From an uncultured delta proteobacterium (GTDB lineage Bacteria; Myxococcota_A; Polyangia; Polyangiales; Polyangiaceae): DNA of 64,000 nt. This document shows positions 44,770 through 56,289 of this stretch, piece by piece. The translations under genes and the position numbers were made by a program. Numbering within the stretch: the first letter of the stretch is position 1; every line of letters starts with the position of its first letter. The stretch lies in contig CAWKKR010000007.1 of NCBI GenBank assembly GCA_963850305.1, positions 256,001-320,000 on the forward strand, given 5' to 3'. A model generated the notes under the pieces. That model worked only from the letters and a program-made list of their open reading frames with translations, was not told the DNA's origin and made no database searches.

Positions 44770-45210
44770 ATGAGCGCCGGCCCGATCGATCCCACGGACG
44801 TTCTGGCCGTTATTCTGATGATCATCCACGCGATGCGGCGCAGCGACATTCGGGCGACCGATTTCCGAGCATTTCCCGACATCCCGCCCGCCGTGTTCGA
44901 GTCGTGGAAGACGGCGGCCTTGGCTCCCAAGAACCTGGCCGTCAACGCGTGCTTCGCGAAGTTCATGCTGAATTCCATATGGTTCTTCGGGTTTCGGCGC
45001 GTGGTTCCGCCCCGACCGCTCGCAGCCGTCGGCGCGTTGCTTTTCTTCGGCTGGGTGATCGCACTCGTGATCGCCTGGCGTCGTGGCAGGAAGGTAGCTC
45101 GAGCGGCCCAACGCCTCGGCATCGTCATCGGCCGCCGCCTGGACGGTCCACGGGGACCTTCGGCAGGCGTCAGTTCGTCGTCTTCGGACTCGGAGGGGTC
45201 GTCGCCGTGA
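44770..45210 (+). CDS. Small hypothetical membrane protein
   Basis: Three hydrophobic segments; fills the gap between kinase and lepB, overlapping the lepB 3' end. Confidence 0.55.
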   Translation: MSAGPIDPTDVLAVILMIIHAMRRSDIRATDFRAFPDIPPAVFESWKTAALAPKNLAVNACFAKFMLNSIWFFGFRRVVPPRPLAAVGALLFFGWVIALVIAWRRGRKVARAAQRLGIVIGRRLDGPRGPSAGVSSSSSDSEGSSP

Positions 45211-46474
45211 TCGACGGGCGCTTGGCCAGGCAGTCGGCAACACCCTGGACGACCTCCGGGGGTGCGGCATTCGGCAGCCGGGGAGAGCCCATTATGTTCA
45301 CGAGGAAGCGGTCGAGCGGGAGCCACACGAACATCGCACGTCCCTTGATGTTGTCGTACGGGACGCCTCCGCCGCGCCCGCCGTACCAGGCTCGCGAGTC
45401 GCGGCTGTTGTTTCGATTGTCGCCGAAGACCCAGGTCTCGCCGGGCTTCACGTAGAACGGCCCCTCGTGGTGGTCGTAGTGACCCGCCTCGTAGAAGGTC
45501 AGATACGACCGATCGTTCAGATACTCGACGAAGAGCTCGCCCTGATCGACAGGGCCATCGCGCTGCTCGGAGAACGTGTACGCCCCGACGCGGCAGCTCG
45601 GAACGCGCCAGCCGTTGATGATCGGATGGCCACCGTCCGCCTCCAGAACGTCGCCGGGCAGCGCGATCACCCTCTTGATGTAATCCTCGCGCTCCTCGTT
45701 CGGCGCTCGATCGGGATTCTCGAAGACGATGACGTCGCCTCGGTCTGGTGGCATGTGCGGAAAGAGTCGCGTATTCGTGAGCGGGATCACGGGACCATAG
45801 AGGAACTTGTTGACGAAGATGTGGTCGCCAATTTGCAGCGTGGGCAGCATCGAGCCGCTCGGGATCTTGAACGCCTCGACGACCACGGACCGGAGCAGCA
45901 CTGCGACGAGGACCGCAACCCCGATCGACTCCACGTACTCCCGCAGCTCGCTCTTTCGCCACGGCTCGAGCGCACGACCGCGGCGGATGACACGATCGTG
46001 GGCGTCGTGGAAGCCATCTTCGTCGAAGGGTTCGGCGGCCATCGCGAGGCGCAGGTCTTTGACGGCGCTCTCGAGCTCCTCGCGGACGTTGGCCGTGACG
46101 TTTCTTTCGATGATCTTTGCGCGCGCCGACAGGATGCGATCGATTTCGTCGACCAGCAGCGCGGCCGCCTCGAAATCGTCCCGCACCTCGCGCGGCAGGC
46201 CGTGGCGCCCGGCCACACCGATGCGGTCCGAGAAGGGGAGACGATGGCGGAAGGACCACAGCACCCACTCGATGAGGGTGAAGAGTACGATTCCGGCCGG
46301 CACTTCCTGGTCACGGACGAAGGTTCGCGCGAGCGATATCAGATCGGTGGCCGTGATATCCGGCGGAGCGCGGAGCACTTTCACCGCCAGCACGGCGAGC
46401 ACGAGCGGCGCGGCGAAGAACCACGCGCCGACGAACAGCACGCGGACGATTTTCGGGTTCTCTTTCACGGTCAA
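45170..46474 (-). CDS. lepB: Signal peptidase I with extended N-terminus
   Basis: IPSGSMLPTL..GD, DYIKRV, GDNRNNSRDSR. Confidence 0.93.
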   Translation of the reverse strand: MTVKENPKIVRVLFVGAWFFAAPLVLAVLAVKVLRAPPDITATDLISLARTFVRDQEVPAGIVLFTLIEWVLWSFRHRLPFSDRIGVAGRHGLPREVRDDFEAAALLVDEIDRILSARAKIIERNVTANVREELESAVKDLRLAMAAEPFDEDGFHDAHDRVIRRGRALEPWRKSELREYVESIGVAVLVAVLLRSVVVEAFKIPSGSMLPTLQIGDHIFVNKFLYGPVIPLTNTRLFPHMPPDRGDVIVFENPDRAPNEEREDYIKRVIALPGDVLEADGGHPIINGWRVPSCRVGAYTFSEQRDGPVDQGELFVEYLNDRSYLTFYEAGHYDHHEGPFYVKPGETWVFGDNRNNSRDSRAWYGGRGGGVPYDNIKGRAMFVWLPLDRFLVNIMGSPRLPNAAPPEVVQGVADCLAKRPSITATTPPSPKTTN

Positions 46475-46675
46475 GTCAGGGTAACGCGGCCACTCTTACT
46501 CGCCGGAGGACCCCGGGGGAAGCTCGGATCTCACGAGCCGTGCCGGGCGTCCGCGCAGGGCGGGCAAAGGCGCACTCGGCCGAGCGCGGAGCGGCCTGGT
46601 GCCGGTCGACCCTCGGACCCGTTGACAGAGGGGCCAGGGACGACGAATCGTCTGCCAGCTGACAACCATTCTCGC

Positions 46676-47677
46676 ATGCAACAGGTCGCGGTCATCGGAG
46701 CAGGAGCGTGGGGCACGGCGCTGGCCAAGTCCCTGGGAGACAAGGGCCACGCCGTCCGCCTCTGGGCGCGCATCGAAGAACGGGCGCTGGCGATAGAAGG
46801 CGCGAGAGAGAACGCGCGCTACTTGCCAGGCGTTCGGCTCCCGGACGGGGTGCGCGTCACGCATTCCCTGGAGCGTGCGCTGAAGGATGCGACGCTCGTC
46901 GTTTTCGTCGTGCCGTCGCATGCGTTCCGCGAAACCTTGGTTCTCGCCGCCCCATTTCTTCGGACCGGGGCTCCGCTCGTGAGCGCGACGAAGGGGATAG
47001 AAAACGACACGGTGATGCTCATGGGCGAGGTCATCGTGGACGTGCTCGGCCCGGACGCGGCGGAGAGGTTGACCGTGCTTTCGGGCCCGAGCTTCGCGAA
47101 GGAGGTCGGTCAGGGATTACCGACCAACGTCGTGGTCGCGTCCACGAACGAGTCTCTCTGCGTCGACGTCCAGCGAGCGTTCGCGACGGAGCGACTCCGC
47201 GTGTACTCGAGCGACGACCCTGTCGGAGTCGAGGTCGGAGGCGCGCTGAAGAACGTCATCGCGATCGCGGCAGGCGCGTGCGATGGCCTCGGGTTCGGTC
47301 ACAATACGCGCGCCGCACTAATCACCCGCGGCCTCGCCGAGATCGCGCGGTTGGCCTTGGCGAAAGGAGGCAACGCGCTCAGCATCGCGGGCCTCGCCGG
47401 CATGGGCGACCTGGTACTCACGTGTACCGGGGATCTCTCTCGCAATCGCACCGTCGGGTTCGAGATGGGCCGCGGGAGAACGCTCGAACAGGTTCTCTCG
47501 AACCTCGGTCACGTCGCGGAAGGAGTTCGCACGGCAGAGAGCGCCCACGACCTCGCGCGAGCGCTCGACGTCGAACTACCGATCTGCAATGAGGTTTACA
47601 ATGTCCTGTACGAGGGCAAGTCGCCGCAACGCGCCGTGGAAGACGTGCTCAAGCGCCCGTTGAAGAAAGAGTGGTAG
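46676..47677 (+). CDS. gpsA: NAD(P)H-dependent glycerol-3-phosphate dehydrogenase
   Basis: [38 protein letters not shown]...SRN. Confidence 0.96.
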   Translation: MQQVAVIGAGAWGTALAKSLGDKGHAVRLWARIEERALAIEGARENARYLPGVRLPDGVRVTHSLERALKDATLVVFVVPSHAFRETLVLAAPFLRTGAPLVSATKGIENDTVMLMGEVIVDVLGPDAAERLTVLSGPSFAKEVGQGLPTNVVVASTNESLCVDVQRAFATERLRVYSSDDPVGVEVGGALKNVIAIAAGACDGLGFGHNTRAALITRGLAEIARLALAKGGNALSIAGLAGMGDLVLTCTGDLSRNRTVGFEMGRGRTLEQVLSNLGHVAEGVRTAESAHDLARALDVELPICNEVYNVLYEGKSPQRAVEDVLKRPLKKEW

Positions 47678-47801
47678 CGCGCGAGCCCGAAATCGGGGGA
47701 CGAGGGCGCACGCCGCGCGAAGCGCGGTCCCCCATGGCCCAGCCCGCGCCCGCGAAGAAGTGTCGCGGCCCTCGGACTGCTCGACTACGCTCTCGGGCAC
47801 C

Positions 47802-49643
47802 ATGGCCATGCTGCGGTACTTCCCGAAGGAGGGATCGCCGGTTCTCTTCGCGGTTCACAAGCCCGTGATGATGCTCGGACGGGGCGCCGGGAACGACGTG
47901 CATTTGCCGGATCGCAGCGTGAAGGAGCATCACGCTCAGATCGTGTTCAACGGCCGCGACTATCAGATCGAGGAGCTCGATCGAACGGCGGAAATCGCAA
48001 TCAACGGGAAGAAGAAACGTCGCGCGCGTCTCTGCGACGGAGACAGGCTCACGCTCGGCGACGCGCAGCTCGGGTTCAGCATGTTCAGCGAGTTGCCCGC
48101 CGCGGCTCCTGCTGGGGACGGGGACGGGCGCGGCAGCGAATTGGCGGGTCTTCGCAAGCTGTTCCAGTTCAGCGAACGCCTGATGCGCACGCCATCCGTG
48201 GACGAGCTCCTCGAGACGCTGCTGGACGACGTCATCGAGGTGACGGGCGCTTCGCGCGGCGTCGTGCTCCTCGTCGACCCGAGCGACACGTCGGGTGCGA
48301 TTCCGCGGGTGCGAGCGTCTCGAAACGTCAATCGCGAGAGCATGGAGGACGCGAGCGAGACCATCAGCGACAGCATCGTCCAGCATGTCATCGAGTCGAA
48401 GCGTCCCATCATCATCAGCGACGCGCTCAGCGACACGACCTTCGGCAAGAGCGAGAGTGTGCTCGCGCTCAAGCTGTCGAGCGTCATGTGTGCGCCGCTC
48501 GTCAGTCAGGGTGAGGTTGCTGGCGCGCTGTATCTCGGTAACGACGAGATCAAGCACCTGTTCGATCGCCAGCAACTCGACCTGCTCGTCATCTTCGCCG
48601 GCCAGGCCTCGCTCATCCTGCAGAACGCAGTGCTCCTCACGGCGCTGCGAGCGGACAAGGAAAAGCTCGCTGCCGAGCTGTCCGACAAGCGCTTCGGAGA
48701 GATCATCGGCGCCTGCCCCTCGATGATGGACGTGTTCCGGAAGCTCACGAAGGTCGCGGCAACGGACATCAGCGTGATGATCACCGGTGAGACCGGGACC
48801 GGCAAGGAGCTCATCGCTCGTGAGATCCATCGGCGCAGCAATCGGGTTCAGGGACCGTTCGTCACCGTGAACTGCGGCGCGATTCCGGAGAATCTCATCG
48901 AGAGCGAGATGTTCGGACACGTGAAGGGCGCCTTCACCGGCGCGATCGCGAGTCGGCCGGGCAAATTTCAGCAGGCGAACGGCGGCACGCTCTTCCTCGA
49001 CGAGGTCGGAGAGCTCACGCCCGCGCTCCAGGTGAAGTTGCTGCGAGCTATTCAAGAGCGGGTCGTCTACCGGGTCGGCGACAGCAAGCCCGAGAAGTGC
49101 GACATCCGCATCATCGCCGCGACGAACCGGAACCTCGAGGCGATGATCAAGACCGGCGAGTTTCGAGAGGATCTTTACTACCGGCTGAACGTCGTGAACC
49201 TGTGGCTACCGCCTCTCCGCGAACGGGGCGAAGACACGTTCATCATCGCGAAGGCGTTGCTGTCGAAGTACGCGGACGAGCTCGGGAGCGCCGTGCTTGG
49301 CTTCAGTCCCGCGGCGCTCGCCGCCATTCGAAAGTACGAGTGGCCCGGAAACATCCGGCAGCTCGAAAACCGGATCAAGAAGGCGCTCGTCCTCTGCGAA
49401 AAGACGCTGCTCGCTCCGGAAGACATGGACCTCGGTCCGGAAGCGCAATCGCTGATCGTCCCCCTCGAGAAGGCAAAGGAGGACTTCCAGCGTCGATACG
49501 TGCTCGAGGTGCTCGAGCGCAACAATGGCAATCGCACCCAGACGGCGCGCGATCTCGGGGTCGATCCACGGACAATCTTCCGGTACCTGGAACGCGAACA
49601 GAGTCCGCTTCCGAGCGGAGCCACGGCCACCGAAGACGAGTGA
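47802..49643 (+). CDS. FHA-GAF-sigma54 enhancer-binding protein
   Basis: LGRGAGND (FHA), [34 protein letters not shown], Fis HTH. Confidence 0.94.
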   Translation: MAMLRYFPKEGSPVLFAVHKPVMMLGRGAGNDVHLPDRSVKEHHAQIVFNGRDYQIEELDRTAEIAINGKKKRRARLCDGDRLTLGDAQLGFSMFSELPAAAPAGDGDGRGSELAGLRKLFQFSERLMRTPSVDELLETLLDDVIEVTGASRGVVLLVDPSDTSGAIPRVRASRNVNRESMEDASETISDSIVQHVIESKRPIIISDALSDTTFGKSESVLALKLSSVMCAPLVSQGEVAGALYLGNDEIKHLFDRQQLDLLVIFAGQASLILQNAVLLTALRADKEKLAAELSDKRFGEIIGACPSMMDVFRKLTKVAATDISVMITGETGTGKELIAREIHRRSNRVQGPFVTVNCGAIPENLIESEMFGHVKGAFTGAIASRPGKFQQANGGTLFLDEVGELTPALQVKLLRAIQERVVYRVGDSKPEKCDIRIIAATNRNLEAMIKTGEFREDLYYRLNVVNLWLPPLRERGEDTFIIAKALLSKYADELGSAVLGFSPAALAAIRKYEWPGNIRQLENRIKKALVLCEKTLLAPEDMDLGPEAQSLIVPLEKAKEDFQRRYVLEVLERNNGNRTQTARDLGVDPRTIFRYLEREQSPLPSGATATEDE

Positions 49644-49694
49644 CCCCCGGCTCTCGCCGTCGACCGGCTTCCCCGAACTCGGCCTCGGCTCTCC

Positions 49695-51435
49695 TCAGTG
49701 CACCGCGCCGACGAGCCACGCGAAAGCCGGCACGAGCACTTCTTCCGGCGATGCGCCGCCCTCGCGAATGCGAGGCATATTTTCGCCCCGTTCTCCGACG
49801 CGGAACCCATGGTCGCCGAACACCATCACCAACGTTCGGGGCTGGAGCCCTTCGAAGTGGGCGACGATCCGTTGAGCTACCTCGTCTGCGGTCTCGTCGA
49901 AGCGTCCGGGTTCCGCGCCGCCCGGCTCCGCAAGGCGGGCCGCGACGATGTCGAGCTTCAGGAGCTCGCGGTGTCCCGTCTTCAGACGACGGATCACCGA
50001 CGCCTTTCGACCGCGCGCCACGACGAGGTCCTCGCTGACGCCAGTGCAGACATCTTTGAGCCCCGACGCGCCTCGACCGATGAGCTCGATCTGCGTCCCG
50101 GTGACGGTCGGCAGGGCGGCCCAGAGCAGGAATCGTTCGGCGCAGGCCGCTCGCTGTCCAACCAGCGTACGGATCCGATCGTTGACGGCGTCGCCGAGGT
50201 CGTAGCGCATCGAATCGACGAGCAGTAGCTGCGTCGATCTCGCACCGTGAAGACGGGCCACGCGGAGCGCAATGTCGGGCACATCCACGACCATGGGCGG
50301 TCGCTTCGTCCGGACACGGAGCGCGTCGAATCCATCGATGTAGCTTCGCTCGAAGGCCCCAGCCCACTCGTCCGCGGTTTCCCGGAGCGCGGGAAGATCG
50401 ACGCCGCGATCGAGCGCGCGTCGCAGCGGCACGTAGGCGTTCGTGAACAGGCGTTCCACGACGGCCAGCGGTTTCGGCCCGATGGCGGCGTCCAGTTCGC
50501 GGCCGTGCGCCTCGAGCTTGCGGCGCGTCTCGTGATCGAGCTCGGGCGGCGATTCGTCGGCCATGTCGTCGGCGAATCGAAGATCGAGCCGGGGAAGCGC
50601 GGGTGGCGCGAGAGCGGGGCGGTCCCGTGGCGCGTTGCGACGGGTCTCGTCCATCGCGACGGCCGGCGCGGCAACGTGGGCAGGCGGGGGCGTCGAAAGC
50701 TCGATCAGCGCTTCGCGCAACCAATCGGTGTCCCCATCGTCGCCGAGAGCGGCGGCCATCGCTCGGGCGCTCTCGGCGAGGGGACCCGTTTCCGGCATCC
50801 GCCGGCGTCCTCGTGCCGTAACGGGACCGTCGCAAAGCCTCGCCCCTGCCGAAGTCGCATGGTCGTCTTCGGACTGCGGTTTCCGAGGACGACGTCGCAA
50901 GTAGGTCTCCTCGGTCTGCTCGGGGAAATTCGCTCCGCGAGCGGCTTCGCGAGAATAGAAGCGAGCGTCTCCGGCTCGACGTAGACGCCGAGTGCGCTCG
51001 TTTCCGGGAGCGAATGCGACCAGCACCGGGCTCCGTTCGGCGGCCCCTAGCCAGAACCTGAGTGACGGCACTGTCGTTCGCGTCGAGCGCGTTTTCGGGG
51101 TCGACGATTCCCTCGAGGGACGCAAACCAGAGAGCGATGCCAGGCGCACCCGATACCCGGGCGCGCTGGAGCTGATCGGCGACGGTGACTTCGCGGTCGC
51201 AACGAATGGCGGCGTTCGACGGCGGCGCGCCGCGCGCGTCGAGTGCTCGCTCGATCGCGCCCTCCACGAATAGCCCGAGGCGTCCGCGGACCGCGCGCTT
51301 CGGAGCGTCGAGGTCGACCCAGAGCCAGCCCGCGGCGGCGGCCTCGCTGCTGAATGTCGCCTTCTTCGTTTCGGAGGCCGGGCGAGCGCCGTCTCGCCAA
51401 GATTCGTCGGTAGCGGTTGCCGGGGACATGCCCAT
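49695..51435 (-). CDS. PglZ/AlkP-like domain protein (frameshifted around 50.9-51.06 kb)
   Basis: LVDSMRYD, LPTVT, GDHGF, GGASPEEVLVP; N-terminal part lies in another frame (ORF 49375..51456). Confidence 0.6.
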
Positions 51436-51587
51436 AAACTGGCGCAGTTTCCCCAACTGGGCCCAGAATTCTGCGGTTTTGCGGGCCGTGGATTCCCGCG
51501 TACGGCGGACGGCTGGCGCCTCATGTCATCGGTCCAGCCCTCTCGGTCCCCTGGCTCGGCCGGTACCGGAGCGGGGCATCGGTGCCG

Positions 51588-51616
51588 TTGACGGTACGCT
51601 CCGGGGGAAATACATT
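51588..51616 (+). promoter_or_regulatory. Near-consensus sigma70 promoter driving the ncRNA
   Basis: TTGACG-17 nt-TACATT. Confidence 0.85.
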
Positions 51617-51622
51617 TAGCGA

Positions 51623-51821
51623 AGGCTCCCTCTGCTGAGGCGCGTAGTACGCCAGAATGAATCCCGTACAAGTCATTGAACCCGGGAGACGAGCGACCCG
51701 ACAATTGAGCTACGCCCGGAAATTCTCACCGGGAAGCCTGAAGTCGGCGCAAGTCCCCCACCTAGCGATGCTAGGGGTTCATGCTCGGCGATCAGACTCA
51801 CGTCTCGTGCGGTAAGGAGCC
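51623..51821 (+). ncRNA. ssrS: Probable 6S RNA
   Basis: About 200 nt non-coding; ends pair (GGCTCC/GGAGCC, GAGGCG/CGTCTC); TTGAACC...CCCACC...GGTTCA central features typical of 6S; strong upstream promoter. Confidence 0.8.
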
Positions 51822-51969
51822 GCTAACTCGTCAGAAAAAAGGGTGCGGTCGGGGAAAGGTTGGGGGGTGCCTCGCGGCGCGCCGGGGCTTCCGCTCGCGG
51901 CCCTCGTCGGCTAGGGTGCCGTCCTGATGGGCGAGTCTGCGAAAACGTTCAGGCTTTCGGTCGTGACAC

Positions 51970-52710
51970 GTGGGCGATGGCGCGAGATGGGCAATGGCAG
52001 GCGAGGCGTGCGCGTGGATGCTTGGGCTTCGGCGGCCGCCGCACTTCGGCTGCGGAGTGAAAGGGACCGTCGTTGGTTATCAGCACCTCTTGAACCCGGT
52101 CTGGGAAGAGGCGAAAGACCCCGAGCGGCACGAGTTTTCGTTCCGCGAGCCCGACCCGACGGTTCGTGCCGATTTCCGGCGGTTCTTCCCGTTCATCCCC
52201 AAGGAACTCTGCATTGCGGCGCTCGTCGGCGGAGAAGCAGCCTCCCCAGAAGCCGATTCTGATCCGCGTCGGCGGGGGGCGCACGACGCCCGGTGACGAT
52301 CGTCGTCACTCCGGGCACGGAGCTGCAGTTCCAGAACACCGACCCGTTCGCGCACCGGCTCTATCGCGGTCGGCATCGGCGACCTTCAGCGCTTCGGACA
52401 CCGTCAAGGGTGGCGTTCGAGCGTGGACGGTGCCGGGACCGGGCACGTTCGAGATCCGCGACGAGGCCGCGCCGAGCCTGCGCATGTGGGTCATCGGAGA
52501 GCCGAACCTGGCGGCGGTCGCGTATCCGTCGATCGAAAGGCGAGTTCGCGCTGTCGATCCCGGCGCCGGGTGAGTACCGGGTGCAGGCCTACTTCGCCGG
52601 GAAGAAGGCCGGGCCCGGAGGTGCCGGTGACCGTGGCGGAGAAGGACCTGGATCTGGCGAAACAGCCGCTCAAGGTCGCCGACGAACCCAAGGGCGACAA
52701 GGACAACTGA
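51970..52710 (+). CDS. Exported cupredoxin-like beta-sandwich protein, multiply frameshifted; start uncertain
   Basis: Consecutive fragments in alternating frames: VKGTVVG...PKELCIAA / GGRTTP / IVVTPGTELQFQNTDPFAH / GTFEIRDE..PSLRMWV / GEYRVQAYFAG. Confidence 0.55.
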
Positions 52711-52723
52711 GGACGGACATCCG

Positions 52724-54399
52724 ATGCTCCTTTCCCGCTTCTGGTACGTGCTCCTCGGTCTGGTCGTAGGCGCGCTCGTGTTCGTCCTCTATCTGGCGAC
52801 GAGCATGTACGACCGCCATCGGAGCCAAGGCGATGGCCGAGGGGCTCTCGGCGGATAGCCAGGTCGTTTCGTGGTACCTCAAGAACGACGCGCGCGAACG
52901 CGCGGCGCAGCTCATCAAGTTCGCGACGGACGGCAACATCGCGAAGGGTCTCGCGGACGCGAGCGCCACGGAAGGCAAGCTGTCCGACAAGGTGCGAGCG
53001 ACCGTCCAGCAGGGACTGGACAAGGTCGCTGCGAGCAATCCCGGCACGATCAGGGATTCGACGCCATCTTCGCAGTCGACCAGTACGGGCGTGTGGTCGC
53101 GCACACGGGCTACGAGCAGGCGAACGGGATGGAGGACTTCGAGCTCGGCGGCTATCCCGTCGTGGCGGACGCGCTCCACGGCTTCATTCGTGACGACACG
53201 CTGGTCCTCGACCGCGTGTACCGGGTCGTTGCCCGACCAATTCAGTACGATCTCGGGCAGCTGCCGGCAGGGGCCGATCATCGGCGCGCGCATCATCGAC
53301 GATCGATTCGCCCGTGAGCTCTCGACTCGAACGGGCGCGGCAGTAGCCTTCTACGCGGGGGGCGAGCGTGTCGCGTCGGGGGCGCCCGAGGGTTTCGATC
53401 GCAGTCAGCTCGACATGATCGTGAACGACATCAAGGATGTCGAGAACGACGCGGACTACAAGTCGAAGGGCCGGAGCGAAGTCCGCACCATCGCGAAGAC
53501 ACTCGGGGTCGAGTACAGCCGTCTGCCGGGCGAGGCGTGGGTCCTCGGAGCGGGCTTCGTGGTCGGGCGGAACACTGCCGCGTTCGACAACCCGTTCGGC
53601 TTTTTCGGGGCGGCCGACGACAAGGACAAGTCCGGGGTCCCCATTCTGATCGTGGTGCTTGCCGCGCTCGTGGCCATGGGCGTGGGCCTCGCATTTTCGT
53701 TCGTCGAACATACGCGACCGTTGAACGTGTTCCGAGACGAAGCGCGGCGGCTCGCGAAGGGCCAGACCGACCAGCTCCAGCCGTCCAAGTTCCGCGGCGT
53801 GTACCGGACGATCGCATCCGACGTGAACGACGGGATCGACGTTGCAGCAGGCAAGGCCGGTGGCACGCGCCGGGCCGCGGATCTATCGCAAGTGCTCGGC
53901 GATCTGCCGTCCGAGCCACAGATGAGTGCGTTCAGCTTTGCGGCGGGCGCCGAGGCTCCCGCGGCGCCGAAACCCAGACCACCGGCGCCGAAGTCGAGCC
54001 CGTCGCACCCGGGTGCGGGGAGTCCGCGTCCACCGGCACCGCAGCCGGCGGATGAAGTGGTCACGTCGGCTCCGGACATCACGGCGCCCGCGGTGCCGAA
54101 GCGGCTCCCTGCGGCACCGCCTCGCGCGGCGTTCGCAGCCGCAAGCCGCGCCCGCGCCGGTTTCGGCTTCGGCGGGAGACGCGCCGAACCCCGAATGGGT
54201 ACAGGTCTTCGAAGACTTCGCCGCGGAGAAGGGGCGCTGCGGCGAGTCGCTCGAGGGTTTCACCTTCGACAAATTCCAGAACACGCTGAAGAAGCACCGC
54301 GACGCGATCATCGAGCGTCACGGCGTGAAGCGGGTGAAGTTCAGCGTGTACGTGAAGGACGGCAAGGCTGCGCTCAAGGCGAGCCCGATCCGCGAGTGA
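52724..54399 (+). CDS. MXAN_5187-family membrane protein, multiply frameshifted
   Basis: MLLSRFW N-terminal TM, second TM plus HAMP-like segment, Pro-rich linker, C-terminal W..VF.DF...K..CGE...FDKF...FSVYVKDGKAALKA. Confidence 0.7.
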
Positions 54400-54459
54400 A
54401 GCGCGCGTCGAGCCGTGCTTGGGTGTGCACGGGCGCGCCGAGGTGGTAAAAGCGGCCGC

Positions 54460-55423
<964 letters not shown>

Positions 55424-55435
55424 TATCGCGCGCGA

Positions 55436-56278
55436 CTACCCTTTACCCTTCGCCGTTCGTCCCATGTGCCGGAGCACCTCTTGCAGATCGTTCCAGACGT
55501 CGCGCTTGGCGGCGGGAGTCCGGAGCAGGTACGCAGGGTGGAACGTGGGCATGACGGCGATCTTGCCCTGATAGAGCCGCCAGTTTCCGCGTAGGCGGGT
55601 GATGCCGCCGCCGATACCCAGCAGCCCTTCCACGGCGGTCGCACCCAGCGCGACGATGACGCTCGGCCGGACGAGCTCGAGCTGTTCGGCAAGATACGGG
55701 CGACACGCGGCGCCTTCGCTCGGCTCGGGCTTGCGATTGTTCGGCGGCCGGCACTTCACGATGTTGCACACGTAGACCTCGTCTCGGTCGAAGCCCATGG
55801 CTTCGATCATGCGATCGAGGAGTTGTCCTGCTTTGCCGACGAATGGAAGGCCCTGCGCATCCTCGTCCGCTCCCGGCCCCTCTCCGACGAAGCAGAGCCC
55901 GCTCGAGCCCGTGCCGCGGGCGAACACGGCGTGCGTCCTGCCGGCGTGAAGGCTGCATTTCACGCACCCCGCGACCTCGTTGGCGAGCACCGCGAGCCGT
56001 CGCGCCCCGTCTCGGGTCGGTCCGACCTCCAGGTCCGAGATCGCCGGCGCTGGCTCCGTCCCAGGTTCGTCGTGCGGGACCTGCGCCGCGCGCGCCGGGG
56101 ATGCGACCGCGGACTCTTCCCGGCTCCTCCGGCTTTCGATGAGGTCCGCCGTTGCCTCTTCGAGGCCCGTCGCCCCGGTCGCGGCGCACATCTCCGCGTG
56201 AGCACGCAACGCTTCGACGAGAATAGCCAGCTCTTCGCGCGGATCCGACGCGGGCACGGGGTCACTCATACCATCCAT
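55436..56278 (-). CDS. Uracil-DNA glycosylase family 4 (Fe-S)
   Basis: CVKCSL, GEGPG..ED..G.PFVG, NIVKCRPPNNR, TFHPAYLLR. Confidence 0.93.
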   Translation of the reverse strand: MDGMSDPVPASDPREELAILVEALRAHAEMCAATGATGLEEATADLIESRRSREESAVASPARAAQVPHDEPGTEPAPAISDLEVGPTRDGARRLAVLANEVAGCVKCSLHAGRTHAVFARGTGSSGLCFVGEGPGADEDAQGLPFVGKAGQLLDRMIEAMGFDRDEVYVCNIVKCRPPNNRKPEPSEGAACRPYLAEQLELVRPSVIVALGATAVEGLLGIGGGITRLRGNWRLYQGKIAVMPTFHPAYLLRTPAAKRDVWNDLQEVLRHMGRTAKGKG

Positions 56279-56289
56279 CCGATCCTCGA

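Noticed and set aside
45467..46675. 400-aa N-terminal extension or fusion on gpsA
   Set aside because: It is the antisense of lepB; GpsA motifs start at ATG 46676.
49695..51435. BREX/Pgl defence system
   Set aside because: Only a PglZ-like domain is present; no brxC, pglX or brxL in the window.
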